64,000 bases of DNA, from positions 32,001 to 96,000 of the forward strand of contig OZ219787.1 in the NCBI GenBank assembly GCA_964291285.2, given 5' to 3'. The DNA comes from Alphaproteobacteria bacterium (GTDB lineage Bacteria > Pseudomonadota > Alphaproteobacteria > Bin95). Under the pieces are notes generated by a model, which worked only from the letters and a program-made list of their open reading frames with translations, did no database searches and was not told the DNA's origin. Both the position numbers and the translations under genes were made by a program. Of the stretch, positions 40,202 to 51,190 are shown one piece after another. Numbering within the stretch: the first letter of the stretch is position 1; the number at the start of each line of letters is the position of its first letter.

Positions 40202-40941
40202 GACCCGTATCTGCCGCAGTCATGGGGCGGGCCGACACAGGCCTCGCACATCTGGCGCGCACGGAACTGGTTGGCGGCCGTCAACACCTTCGCCGTGGGT
40301 CCGTGCGCCACGAGATCGCGCGCCAGCATCAGCGTCTCGGGAAAATGCGTCCGGACGACCTCCGCATCGTGCAGAACGGCGATCACCGTGCGTCCCTCTC
40401 CGTGCCACCGCCGCACCACATCCAGGAGATCGACCAGCGTCTTGGCATCGATGGCCGTGAAGGGTTCGTCGAGCAGCACGAGCTGCGCGTCCTGGAGCAG
40501 CAGCCGCGCGAAGAGCGCACGCTGAAACTGCCCGCCCGACAGCGAGCCGATGATTCGGGACTCGAATCCCGTGAGCCCGACGGCGGAAATGGCATCGTCG
40601 ATCCGGGCGCGATGCGCGGCGCGCAACCCGAACAGGCCACCGATCTCGCTCCAGAGCCCCATTGCCACCAGATCGACGACCGTGATCGGAAACGACCGGT
40701 CGATGTCCGATTGCTGCGGCAGATAGGCGATGTCGCTCCGTGTGCAGGTTCCGAAGCGCACCTGTCCCGCAAGCGGGCGCAGGACCCCCGTCACCCCTTT
40801 CAACAGCGTTGACTTGCCCGCGCCGTTGGGGCCCACGATGGCGGTCAGGCTGCCGTCGGCGACCTCGCCGTCGAGTTGATGCACCGCCGGATGGCGGTCA
40901 TAGCCAAGGGTCAGCTCCTCGAATGCCAGGGCGTAGGTCAC
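40198..40941 (-). CDS. Zinc ABC ATPase (ZnuC/AztA-like)
   Basis: GPNGAGKS, YLPQ, LSGGQFQR, LDEPF, VLHD. Confidence 0.9.
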   Translation of the reverse strand: MTYALAFEELTLGYDRHPAVHQLDGEVADGSLTAIVGPNGAGKSTLLKGVTGVLRPLAGQVRFGTCTRSDIAYLPQQSDIDRSFPITVVDLVAMGLWSEIGGLFGLRAAHRARIDDAISAVGLTGFESRIIGSLSGGQFQRALFARLLLQDAQLVLLDEPFTAIDAKTLVDLLDVVRRWHGEGRTVIAVLHDAEVVRTHFPETLMLARDLVAHGPTAKVLTAANQFRARQMCEACVGPPHDCGRYGS

Positions 40942-41072
40942 AGGCTTCCCGGCGTGGATGTCGCCCAGAAGAACAGGGCCCAGAGCAACATCACGATCAG
41001 CGCCGCCCCGGCGAGCCGCGGGCCGACTCCCATGAGAAGCATCCCGCGCGCCGTGTGTCGCCAGGGCGTCAT
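40938..41072 (-). CDS. 44-aa single-TM protein coupled between zur and the ATPase
   Basis: 4-nt start/stop overlaps on both sides; RLAGAALIVMLLWALFFWA helix. Confidence 0.6.
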   Translation of the reverse strand: MTPWRHTARGMLLMGVGPRLAGAALIVMLLWALFFWATSTPGSL

Positions 41073-41470
41073 GCCGGGGCCTCTTTCGATTCGCAGCGTG
41101 CGCACTGGCCGTGGACCTCGATGACGTGGCGCGCCGGTGCGAACCCCGACTGTCCCGCAATCCTCGACAGTTCGTTGGTAATGCGCCGCGAGACGGCTTC
41201 CTCGACCGTTCCGCACACCTTGCAGATCGAGAAAATCGGAACGTGCCCGTGCTGCTCGCACTTGCAGGCGACAAAGGCCTTGAGCGATTCGAGACGATGA
41301 GCCCGGCCGCCCTCGATCAACGCCGCCAGGGCGCGGTATATCGTCGGCGGCGCAAGCCGCGGATTGCCGTCGCGCAGCCGGTCGAGCACCTCATATGCCG
41401 ACATCGGCGTGTCGCATTTCCGCAAGACGGCGAGTACGTCCGCCTGCATGTTTCTGCTCCGCCGTCTCAC
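41069..41470 (-). CDS. zur: Fur-family zinc uptake regulator
   Basis: SAYEVL, APPTIYRAL, HRLESL, CKVC, EVHGQCARC; start could be 41449. Confidence 0.85.
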   Translation of the reverse strand: MRRRSRNMQADVLAVLRKCDTPMSAYEVLDRLRDGNPRLAPPTIYRALAALIEGGRAHRLESLKAFVACKCEQHGHVPIFSICKVCGTVEEAVSRRITNELSRIAGQSGFAPARHVIEVHGQCARCESKEAPA

Positions 41471-41500
41471 GCCCGTCCAGTTCCCGGTTCCGAGGATTTC

Positions 41501-41517
41501 ATGTTATATTATAACCT
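41501..41517. promoter_or_regulatory. Zur box in divergent promoter region
   Basis: ATGTTATATTATAACCT. Confidence 0.8.
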
Positions 41518-41661
41518 ATCTTGCGCCGCCGGCAACGATCCGGTTTCGGATAGCCTTGCCGGACAGCGTCGTCTGTCATATTGGGCGTGGCTGGCCCGTT
41601 GTCCGCGGAACCGGCGAGCAACCGCGTTGCGTCGGGACGAAAGCGGGTCCAGTATTCGACA

Positions 41662-42747
41662 ATGACCGAACGCGGCCCCGCTGCGGAACCGACAATGCTT
41701 GGATTTGCCCCTGAAGCCGCCCAGGCGAAGGTGCCCGCGCTCGTGTTTTGCGGGATCGACGCCCGCGCGCGGACCGAAACGATCGAGCGCCTGCTTGAAG
41801 GAGGCGGCGCGCGCTGGGCGGTGATAAGCAATGAAACCGATGGTCCGGCCTTCGCCGCGGCGGCGACCGAGCGCATTGCCGGGCAGATGGTGCCGCACGC
41901 CATCGGATGTTTGTGCTGCGTCACGCGCTCGGGGCTGGTCAGCAGCCTGCGTCGGCTCTTCGCCCGACGGGCGCAGGGTGAGGTCGAATTCGACCGGGTG
42001 GCGATCGAAATTCTGGCCGACGCCGATCCGGCTCCGGTCATGCAAACCCTGCTGAACAACGCCCTTGTCACTGAATATTTTCGCCTGGACAGCGTCGTTG
42101 CGGTCTTGGCCGGGGGCGACCGCCCGGGTGCGCTGGCGCGGTCGCGCCACGGCTGCAAGCAACTTGCCATCGCGGACAGCATCGTGTTCGATCCGGCGTC
42201 GGTCGCCGCGCCGGAAATGTGCGCCGGCGCGCGGGCGCTGAACCCCGTTGCCGATCTGGTGCCGTCCGACCGGCCTTCCCTGGCGGAAGCGCTGATCGGA
42301 GCGGGCCTGGAAACGCGCCTGCTGGACGGCGGCCTGAGCCGGTGGCTGGGAACGCCGCACTATGGCGGCAGCGATCTGCTCCGGAACGGCCTGCACGGGT
42401 TTGCGATCGAAATCCCGCACGAGCTCGAATGGGAGGCCCTGCATGGCTGGCTGAATGCCGGTACGCAAACCAACGGGGACGTCATGTACCGGACGAAGGC
42501 GGCGATCAGGGTCGCGGGCGTGGACGGGCCGGTTGTCATCAACGGCGTCCAGCACGTCTACCAGCCTCCGCAACGGCTGCCGGGAGTCGAGCTCGACCGT
42601 TCCCGGTTCCTGTTCATCACCGCCAATCTCGACCGCGCGGCCGTCGAGGACAGCCTGCGCTTCGACCTGCCCCAGTTCCAGCGTCTGAGCGAAGCCCGGG
42701 CGGCCCGGCACGCCCGGGCGGCCAGCGACCCGTCGATACCGCTGTAG
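41662..42747 (+). CDS. Degenerate COG0523/CobW-like protein
   Basis: GCLCCVTR, FDRVAIE..ADPAPV, QLAIAD and CobW_C domain present; Walker A and NKxD absent. Confidence 0.8.
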   Translation: MTERGPAAEPTMLGFAPEAAQAKVPALVFCGIDARARTETIERLLEGGGARWAVISNETDGPAFAAAATERIAGQMVPHAIGCLCCVTRSGLVSSLRRLFARRAQGEVEFDRVAIEILADADPAPVMQTLLNNALVTEYFRLDSVVAVLAGGDRPGALARSRHGCKQLAIADSIVFDPASVAAPEMCAGARALNPVADLVPSDRPSLAEALIGAGLETRLLDGGLSRWLGTPHYGGSDLLRNGLHGFAIEIPHELEWEALHGWLNAGTQTNGDVMYRTKAAIRVAGVDGPVVINGVQHVYQPPQRLPGVELDRSRFLFITANLDRAAVEDSLRFDLPQFQRLSEARAARHARAASDPSIPL

Positions 42748-42861
42748 CCGTGGAAGGCCTTCGCCCGCGCAGGGGGCGGGACGGCGCTCCCTGCGGGCGA
42801 GCGCGCAACCTTTGCGGCTATGCCGGTTCGGGTCCGCGCCTTTTTGCTGTCGCCCACCGGA

Positions 42862-42878
42862 CTGTTACTGTATAACGG
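42862..42878. promoter_or_regulatory. Probable Zur box upstream of the cyclase
   Basis: TGTTAC-TGT-ATAACG. Confidence 0.55.
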
Positions 42879-42911
42879 CAACTGTAGTAGGCCCCACCGG
42901 GAGGAACCGCC

Positions 42912-44084
42912 ATGGCCGACGAAATCCGCACAGACGACGCTGTCGAACGAGAAGTGGACATGGAGTCCCATCGGGAGCCGGATGGCGGAGGAGTGACGTC
43001 GCAGTCGCGCCGCTCCTTCATCAAGACCGCGACGCTTGCCACCGGCGGCGCGGCGGTCGCCACCGTGGGCGGCGGGGTGATGCACGAGCTGGACCTCGTC
43101 AAGCCGGCGCACGCCGCCGAAGGCGGTATCGAAGGCACGCCGATGGCCGGGAAATGGTGGCCGTCCCGCTGGGGCGAGGGCGACCAGACCGGCGCCACCA
43201 ACCACATGACGCCGGCGGTAGCGCTGGACGCGGCGAGCCTGATCAAGACCGGCAAGGTGTACAGTCTGGGCCGGGTCTATGAGTACGGCATGCCCTTGTT
43301 CGGCCAGCGCGTGTTCGCGCTTCGGATTCCGGGCGCGCCGACCGGAGGCGCATACGGCAAGAACCAGGTCATCTGGCACGATGAGATCCTGACCACTGAA
43401 ATCGGTCAGGTCGGCACCCAGTTCGACGGGCTTGCCCATATCGGCGCACGGGTCGGCGACGCCGGCGACCTGTCCCAGGAGGTGTTCTACAACGGGTTCA
43501 CCACGAGAGACCTGCACAACAACGACAGCGAGGCCGGATCCACTGCCGGCGCCTACGGGCTGCAGAAGCTCGGCATGGAACATGTCAAGCCGTTCTTCTG
43601 CCGCGGGGTCCTGTTCGATGTCATGGGCCTGAAGGGGCGGATGCTGGACAAGGGCGAGGAGATCACCGTCGACGACCTGAAGGCTTGCCTGGATCGCCAG
43701 GGCATGACAGAGGCCGACATCACCGAGGGTTGCGCGGCGCTGTGGCGCACGGGCTGGGGCGAAAACCTGTGGATGAAGGACAACGCCCGCTTCAATTCCG
43801 GCGAGCCCGGAATCGGCGTGGGCGCGGGCGAGTGGCTGGCGGCCAAGGGAATTTCGGTGGGCGCCGCCGACTGCTGGGCCATCGAGTGCGTGCCTAACCC
43901 GGATCCGAACCTGGCGTTTCCGGTGCACCAGATCTTCCTGACCAAGAACGGCATCCACATTCTCGAGAATGTGCGCCTCGATCATCTGGCCGCCGACGGC
44001 GTTTACAAGTTCGCCTTCATTTTCTCCACACTGCCGATCAAGGGGGCCACGGGCTCGCCAGGCAACCCGATCGCAGTCGTCTAG
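42912..44084 (+). CDS. Tat-exported cyclase-family (kynurenine formamidase-like) metallohydrolase
   Basis: SRRSFIK Tat motif, AHA cleavage site, GTQFDGLAH, RTGW, EPG, PVHQ, ILEN, GATGSP. Confidence 0.85.
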   Translation: MADEIRTDDAVEREVDMESHREPDGGGVTSQSRRSFIKTATLATGGAAVATVGGGVMHELDLVKPAHAAEGGIEGTPMAGKWWPSRWGEGDQTGATNHMTPAVALDAASLIKTGKVYSLGRVYEYGMPLFGQRVFALRIPGAPTGGAYGKNQVIWHDEILTTEIGQVGTQFDGLAHIGARVGDAGDLSQEVFYNGFTTRDLHNNDSEAGSTAGAYGLQKLGMEHVKPFFCRGVLFDVMGLKGRMLDKGEEITVDDLKACLDRQGMTEADITEGCAALWRTGWGENLWMKDNARFNSGEPGIGVGAGEWLAAKGISVGAADCWAIECVPNPDPNLAFPVHQIFLTKNGIHILENVRLDHLAADGVYKFAFIFSTLPIKGATGSPGNPIAVV

Positions 44085-44090
44085 AAGGCC

Positions 44091-45134
44091 TCAATCGGCA
44101 GAAGCCAGGCGGGCGAGCGTGTCGCTGTCGAAGCGATAAGCGAACACGCGCCCGTCCGAGTCGCCGCCCAGCAGGCAGTTCCCCTCCGGGGACCACGCGA
44201 GGCCTGCGACGGGACTCCCCTGCGGGGCGGCGAGGCTGCGTCTTTGCGGCCGCGCGGTCAGGCTCACCAGTTCGAGACCGCCGTCGTTATACCCGGCGGC
44301 CGCCAGGGCAAGGCGCGGGTTGGCGCACACCCTGGCGACCAGATGTTCGCTGTAGCGTCCCAGCATTCGCGGGGCCGGCGACGGCAGGCGGCCGTCCAAG
44401 AACGGCCAGCCGCTCACAGTGTCCGCCCCGGATGCGAGCAGCCAGGCGCCGTCGGCGCTCCAGCCGATGGATTTGACCTTGTTGATGCAGGGACCGAGGC
44501 TGGCGTCCTGCCCGGAAACGAGGTCCCATGCGTGCAGCGTCTTTTCCTGGGTGGCCGTCACCACAAACCGTTCGTCCCTGCTCCAGCTGAGATCGAGGTG
44601 CGAACCCCGGCGATGCAGGCGCTGCGGCTCGCCGCGCCTGCCGTTCAGCAGCCAAAGGCTCGCCCCGTTGTAGTGCGAAACGGCAAGGCGCCGGCCGCTG
44701 CTGTCGAAAGCCAGGCCCGCGACGCTGCTTGGATGTCCTCCGAGTTCTGCAACCTCCCGTCCCTCGGCGTCCAGCAGCCTGACTCGCACACCGTCCGAGA
44801 TCGCGCTCAGACCGCATGGGTGCGAGGCGAGCCGATCGGGCCAGTACCGGGCGAGCCGCGCCAGCTTCCGCGGTCCACCCGTGGCGTGAACCCGATACAC
44901 GGCGCCGTCATCGGCCCCGCACAGGAATCCGCGCTCCCGGCAATCGGGGGCCAGCGCCAGCACGGCGCCCCGGGTCAGCGATCGGACCGAAAGGGACGGT
45001 TCCCGTTCGCGGAGGTCTGCAATGCGAACGCACCCGTCCCCGCCGGCGAATGCCGCATAACGTCCGCCGCGCTCGACGCAAACGCCGGTCAGCGGCGCGT
45101 CAACGATCCAGTGATCCAGCCTGAAACCGTTCAA
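44091..45134 (-). CDS. WD40 beta-propeller (paralog of 34725-35804)
   Basis: HPSSVAGLAFD, SHYNGASLW, GSHLDLSWS, WSADG, AAGYNDG; start codon uncertain. Confidence 0.8.
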   Translation of the reverse strand: MNGFRLDHWIVDAPLTGVCVERGGRYAAFAGGDGCVRIADLREREPSLSVRSLTRGAVLALAPDCRERGFLCGADDGAVYRVHATGGPRKLARLARYWPDRLASHPCGLSAISDGVRVRLLDAEGREVAELGGHPSSVAGLAFDSSGRRLAVSHYNGASLWLLNGRRGEPQRLHRRGSHLDLSWSRDERFVVTATQEKTLHAWDLVSGQDASLGPCINKVKSIGWSADGAWLLASGADTVSGWPFLDGRLPSPAPRMLGRYSEHLVARVCANPRLALAAAGYNDGGLELVSLTARPQRRSLAAPQGSPVAGLAWSPEGNCLLGGDSDGRVFAYRFDSDTLARLASAD

Positions 45135-45198
45135 CGCCGGCCGCGCCGTACCGACCGGCCCGGCCCGGCGCGTATGGCCGCTGAGCCGGCGGCCGCTC

Positions 45199-46542
<1,344 letters not shown>

Positions 46543-46555
46543 GTCGCGATCCTGT

Positions 46556-46572
46556 CTGTTACAAGGTAACAC
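46556..46572. promoter_or_regulatory. Probable Zur box
   Basis: Palindrome TGTTAC-AAG-GTAACA ~14 nt upstream of the CobW ATG. Confidence 0.65.
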
Positions 46573-46588
46573 GGTAGCGTCATGCCAG

Positions 46589-47010
46589 ATGGAATTCGAC
46601 GATTTTCTGGCGCGCCGGACCGGCGCTGTCGTAACCAATGCGGCTTCCTCCGGAATGGAGATCGAGCGCAGGCGCCTGAAGTCCCTCGCACGCCGCACCG
46701 ACAGGCCGGGGTTGGCATACCTTGCCGCGTGGGCCGTCGCCATGGGGTTCACCGGCTCTCTTGTCCGGCTTGCGCTGGATACGGCCTGGGTCTGGCCGGC
46801 AATGTTCCTTTACGGCGTTGTCATGTCGGTGCCGTCCTATTCGCTCAGCCATGAGACGGCGCGCGGGACCGCATTCCGCACCCGCTGGCTCAACGAGAGC
46901 GTCTTTTGGTGCATGTCGCTCCTCTATGGCGAGGATCCCGCTGCACCGGCGCTATACGCACACCAACCCCACACTCACACCCGGCACACCTGTTGCCGCA
47001 CCTGGTCGGT
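46589..47010 (+). pseudogene. Truncated membrane fatty-acid-desaturase-family gene
   Basis: LSHETARGTAFRTRWLNE (eroded His box 1), frameshifted HRRYTHT; ends at the integrase element boundary. Confidence 0.7.
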
Positions 47011-47116
47011 TCTAAAGGGTTGATATAGCGATTGTTTTTCCTCGTGCAACAGCAAGCCGGGGGTGCAACTGCAACCGCAATCTCCCCCGCCTGCAAGTGG
47101 ATGCAGGAGGAAATCC

Positions 47117-48238
47117 ATGCCCAATGTCCGCCTCAGGGAGAGCCTGGTCGAGGCCCTTGAACCCCGGAAGTCGCCCTACGATGTCCGCGACGCCGATCTG
47201 AAGGGCTTCGGCGTCCGCGTCCTGCCCTCGGGTGCCAAGCGGTATTTCATTCACAGCCAGCACGAGGGCCGGCGCCTCTGGAAGACCGTGGGCGACGCCG
47301 GCAGCATCGGTCTCGACGAGGCCCGCCGGCAGGCAACGGAACTGCTTGCCGCCATCCGGCGCGACGAACCCGCCGCGCTTCCCGAAGACAGGCTTTTCGA
47401 GGCCGTGGCCGAGGAAGTGTTCGACCGCTACGGGCGTCACTGGAAGCCCGGAACCATGAAGGTCAACCGGAATTATCTCCGAAGCACGATCCTTCCCCGG
47501 TTCGGCGGGATGAACATAGCCGACATCACCCGGCAGGACGTGCAGAACTGGTTCGCGTCCCTTCATGCGACGCCGGTGATGGCGGACCGGTCCGTGCCGA
47601 TCCTCTCCGTCATCATGCGCCAGGCCGAGCTTTACAGCTACCGCCCGGAGGGCAGCAATCCCTGCACCGGCATCCGGCGCTACCGGCGCAAGGGCCGGGA
47701 GAGGTTCCTGTCGGGGCCGGAGCTTCGCCGTCTCGCACGAGTGCTCGAAGATCATGAAGAACGGCATTCGCGCAGCGTTGCGTTCATCCGCCTGTTGCTG
47801 CTCACCGGCTGCCGCAAGAGCGAGATCGGGACACTCCAATGGCCCGACTACCGCGAGGGGCGGCTGTTCCTGCGTGACTCCAAGACCGGCTCCCGGACGG
47901 TCTGGCTGTGCTCGCCCGCGCGCGACATCCTCGGCGGGCTCCCCCGGCAGGGCAAATGGGTCTTCCCCTCGCCGCGGAGGCGGGGGCCGCTCTGCCTGAC
48001 GTTGTTCGAGACCTTCTGGCGGCGGGTCCGGGAGGAAGCGGACATTGGTGATGTCCGGCTTCACGATCTTCGTCATACATATGCCAGCATCGCCATCATG
48101 GGGGGTGAGAGCGTCACGACCACGGCGCGGCTGCTGGGCCACAACGACGCGCAGACGACACTGAAATACGCCCATCTCAGCGACCGTTCGGTCCGGGAAG
48201 CCACCGACGCTCTCGGCCCCATTCTTGGGGAGGGCTGA
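47117..48238 (+). CDS. Tyrosine recombinase/integrase 1 with arm-binding domain
   Basis: GFGVRV..SG.K; LLTGCR, SKTG, HDLRH, LLGH, KYAH. Confidence 0.92.
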   Translation: MPNVRLRESLVEALEPRKSPYDVRDADLKGFGVRVLPSGAKRYFIHSQHEGRRLWKTVGDAGSIGLDEARRQATELLAAIRRDEPAALPEDRLFEAVAEEVFDRYGRHWKPGTMKVNRNYLRSTILPRFGGMNIADITRQDVQNWFASLHATPVMADRSVPILSVIMRQAELYSYRPEGSNPCTGIRRYRRKGRERFLSGPELRRLARVLEDHEERHSRSVAFIRLLLLTGCRKSEIGTLQWPDYREGRLFLRDSKTGSRTVWLCSPARDILGGLPRQGKWVFPSPRRRGPLCLTLFETFWRRVREEADIGDVRLHDLRHTYASIAIMGGESVTTTARLLGHNDAQTTLKYAHLSDRSVREATDALGPILGEG

Positions 48239-48241
48239 TCC

Positions 48242-49465
48242 ATGCCGAGGCGGAAAAGACTGACCGACGCAGGCATTGCAAGGCTCAGGCCGCAGGTGCG
48301 TGAATATACGCTCTGGGATACCGGAGTCGCCGGGCTCGGTGTGCGGGTCCGGTCTTCCGGCAGCCGGACCTTCATCTACCACCGCAAGACGGAAGGGGGC
48401 GTGCGGAAGATGTCCTTCGGCCCGGCGGCGCTGCGCAAGGTCGAGGACGTGCGCCGCGCCTGCATGGAGGCGGCAACCGCAACCACCGATGCGGACGATG
48501 CCTGCCACCAGAAGGCGCCGCTGTTCCGGGATTTCGTCGCCGGTCAATGGAAGGCGAATTGCTTCGAGCGCTGCAAGCTCTCCACGCAGAAGGGGTTCCG
48601 CAGCATGCTGAACCGCCGGCTGCTTCCTGCCTTCGGCGCCCTGCGTCTCGACTGCATCACCCGCAGCACGGCGCTCGGCTGGTTCGAGGCGGGCAGCCGG
48701 ACCGCGCCGGGGTCGGCCAATCACGCCCTCGGCCTGCTGCGCCAGATACTCAACCATGCCGTCGCCTGCGGCCATATCGCGACCAACCCGGTGCGCGGCA
48801 TCCGCCGCAATCCCGGCCGGAAGATGACGCGGTTTCTCTCCCGCGAGGAGATCGCCCGCCTTCACCGCGTCCTCGACCGGTATGCCGAAGGCTCCGCGTC
48901 CGAGGCGCAGCAGGCCGATATTATCTGCCTGTTGCTGCTCACCGGCTGCCGCAAGGGCGAGATCGTCTACCTCCGCCGCGAGGAGGTCAGGGACGACCGG
49001 CTGGAACTTGCCGACGCCAAGACCGGGCCGAGAACGGTCCTGTTGAACGCGCCGGCCAGGCAAATCGTCGCGCGCCGGATGCAGCAGGGAAACGGTCCCT
49101 GGCTGTTTCCGTCCGTCAGGGACCCGTTCCGTCCCTGGCCACGCAATCCCTGGCTCTGGTATCGGATACGGCGGGAAGCGGGCATCGAGGACGTGCGCCT
49201 CCACGACCTGCGCCACACGGTCGCCAGCCAGGCGGCGATGAACGGCGTTCCCCTCCCCGTCGTCGCCCGCATGCTCGGTCACAGCGACGTAAGTATGACC
49301 ATGCGCTATGCCCACGTTGGAGACCGCGAGGTCGAGGCGGCGGCAGAGCGGGTCGGGCAGGCCATCGCTGCGATAATCGGCATGGAAGAACCGGAAGCGG
49401 CGGCTCCTCCTTCTCAAAGGCAAGGGACCATGCCCGAGAAGCCGTCACCGATGCGTGGGGTGTGA
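48242..49465 (+). CDS. Tyrosine recombinase/integrase 2 with arm-binding domain
   Basis: GLGVRV; LLTGCR, AKTG, HDLRH, MLGH, RYAH. Confidence 0.92.
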   Translation: MPRRKRLTDAGIARLRPQVREYTLWDTGVAGLGVRVRSSGSRTFIYHRKTEGGVRKMSFGPAALRKVEDVRRACMEAATATTDADDACHQKAPLFRDFVAGQWKANCFERCKLSTQKGFRSMLNRRLLPAFGALRLDCITRSTALGWFEAGSRTAPGSANHALGLLRQILNHAVACGHIATNPVRGIRRNPGRKMTRFLSREEIARLHRVLDRYAEGSASEAQQADIICLLLLTGCRKGEIVYLRREEVRDDRLELADAKTGPRTVLLNAPARQIVARRMQQGNGPWLFPSVRDPFRPWPRNPWLWYRIRREAGIEDVRLHDLRHTVASQAAMNGVPLPVVARMLGHSDVSMTMRYAHVGDREVEAAAERVGQAIAAIIGMEEPEAAAPPSQRQGTMPEKPSPMRGV

Positions 49466-50244
49466 CGGTAAAACTCCGAACGGAGTCGAGATCGGGCGAG
49501 GTTGCCCTGCACACCACCGTCGCCTGAAACGCCGACGTCACAAGGGACGGGAGCCGTCGCGGCGATTGAGCGAGACGACCGGTCCGCGATCTTCGAGCGC
49601 GTTCCGCGTTGTCGTCCGGTCGCAGAGGTAACAGAACGCGGCGCGGCGTGCAAACGGCGGAGGGCAGTCTTCACACATGGCGCACCGGAGCCGGCGGCGT
49701 TACCTCGGCGGCACGGGCGCCGCCGCACATGTTCCGCGGAGCCGAAGGACGCCGCGCACATGTTACCGCGATACAGGCGTGCTGGACGAAAGCGGGGCTG
49801 TTCAGGGTGATTGCGTGCTGCTCACACATTGCCGCAGACGCAGCCGGGGATGGCGCACCCGTTACCGCGGCGTCAGCCGCGCGGGTGCGGTGACGGTTGC
49901 GATAGCCGTTGCGATCGGAGGCGCCGACGGCGGCGCCTGCAGGACTGCGGGCAGCGGTGCGAAGCACGGTGTCGTGCCGGTCCGGCAGCAGCGCCGGCAG
50001 TGGGCGGGTCAGCAGTGCCTGCGGCACTGCGCCGGGCTCGGCGCAGCCCGCGATGCACCCATGCGAAGCATGGTGCAGCGGCGCGTGATGCGGCAGCCCC
50101 GGATCGCAGTCCGGGGCAGGCTCCGCACGGGCGCGGCGCGAAGCGCGCGCGAGGTGTCGGCGGCGCAGCGCGACGGGTGTGCGCATACGGAGACGGACCC
50201 GCCGCCGCCGGAGCGGAGACGACGCGGCCCGTGGGTGCTGCGTG

Positions 50245-51162
50245 TCAGGCGGGGCAGCGCATGACCGGGATGCCGAGGCTGCGGGCCTTGTCGACGAGGT
50301 TTTCGGTGATGCCGGAGCCGGGGAAGGCGATGACGCCCCTGGGCAGGAGGTTGAGCAGTTCGTCGTTGCGGCGGAACGGTGCGGCGCGACCGTGGCGGTC
50401 CCAGTCGGGCTTGCAGACGACCTGGTGGACGCCGTTGCGCTCGGCCCAGCGCGCCGCGATCTTCTCGACGCCGGGACCGCCGCCATGCACGAGTACGAGG
50501 TCGGCATACTTGGCGCGGGCCTGGTCGAGCCTGGCGATCACCGCGGCCGGGTCGGCGATGTCCTTGCCGCCGGCGATGGCGACGAGGGTGCCCTGCGGCA
50601 GGTGCGCCATGGTCGCGCGGTCCTTGCGGGCACGGACGAAGTCGCGGGCGTCGATGGCGGCGCTGGTGAGCGTGCCGGTCTGGCTGGCGTGGCTGCCGTG
50701 CGGGGGCCGCCACATGTCGCCGGTCTCTTCGCGGTAGGCGTGCGCGGCGGTGTTGCGCATCTTCTCGAAGGCGTCGCGCCGGTCTCCGAGGTTCTGCGCG
50801 CGGTCGGTGACGAGCTCCAGGTCGCGGGACTTGATCTCGGTGCCGTCCTGCTCGCGCTGGAGGTCGCGCAGGTCCGGGCTGAGCCGGTCGACGCTGCGGT
50901 CGAGGCGGCGGCTCTGGGCGTGGAGCATGTTGACGAAGCCCCACAGCAGGCTCTCGCGTTCGTCGGCGAGCTGGGTGCCGTCGGGGCAGGCGCCTTCGAC
51001 GAGGATGCGGAAGGCCTCGCCGATTGCGGTCAGCGCATCGTCCTCGTCCCAGACCTCGCGCGTGTCGAACTCGTCGCGCTCGGGGGTTGCGCCGTAGAGG
51101 GCGGCGTTGTCGCAGACGATCGCGGTTGCGGACTGCGCTGCGGTTTCGATATCGAAGGTCAT
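50245..51162 (-). CDS. DUF2493 (YspA/SLOG-fold) domain protein
   Basis: LVLVHGG.PGVE.IAARWA, PDWDRHGRAAPFRRND, AFPGSGIT. Confidence 0.85.
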   Translation of the reverse strand: MTFDIETAAQSATAIVCDNAALYGATPERDEFDTREVWDEDDALTAIGEAFRILVEGACPDGTQLADERESLLWGFVNMLHAQSRRLDRSVDRLSPDLRDLQREQDGTEIKSRDLELVTDRAQNLGDRRDAFEKMRNTAAHAYREETGDMWRPPHGSHASQTGTLTSAAIDARDFVRARKDRATMAHLPQGTLVAIAGGKDIADPAAVIARLDQARAKYADLVLVHGGGPGVEKIAARWAERNGVHQVVCKPDWDRHGRAAPFRRNDELLNLLPRGVIAFPGSGITENLVDKARSLGIPVMRCPA

Positions 51163-51190
51163 GTCGTTTTCCTTTCGGTTTCACGTTCGG

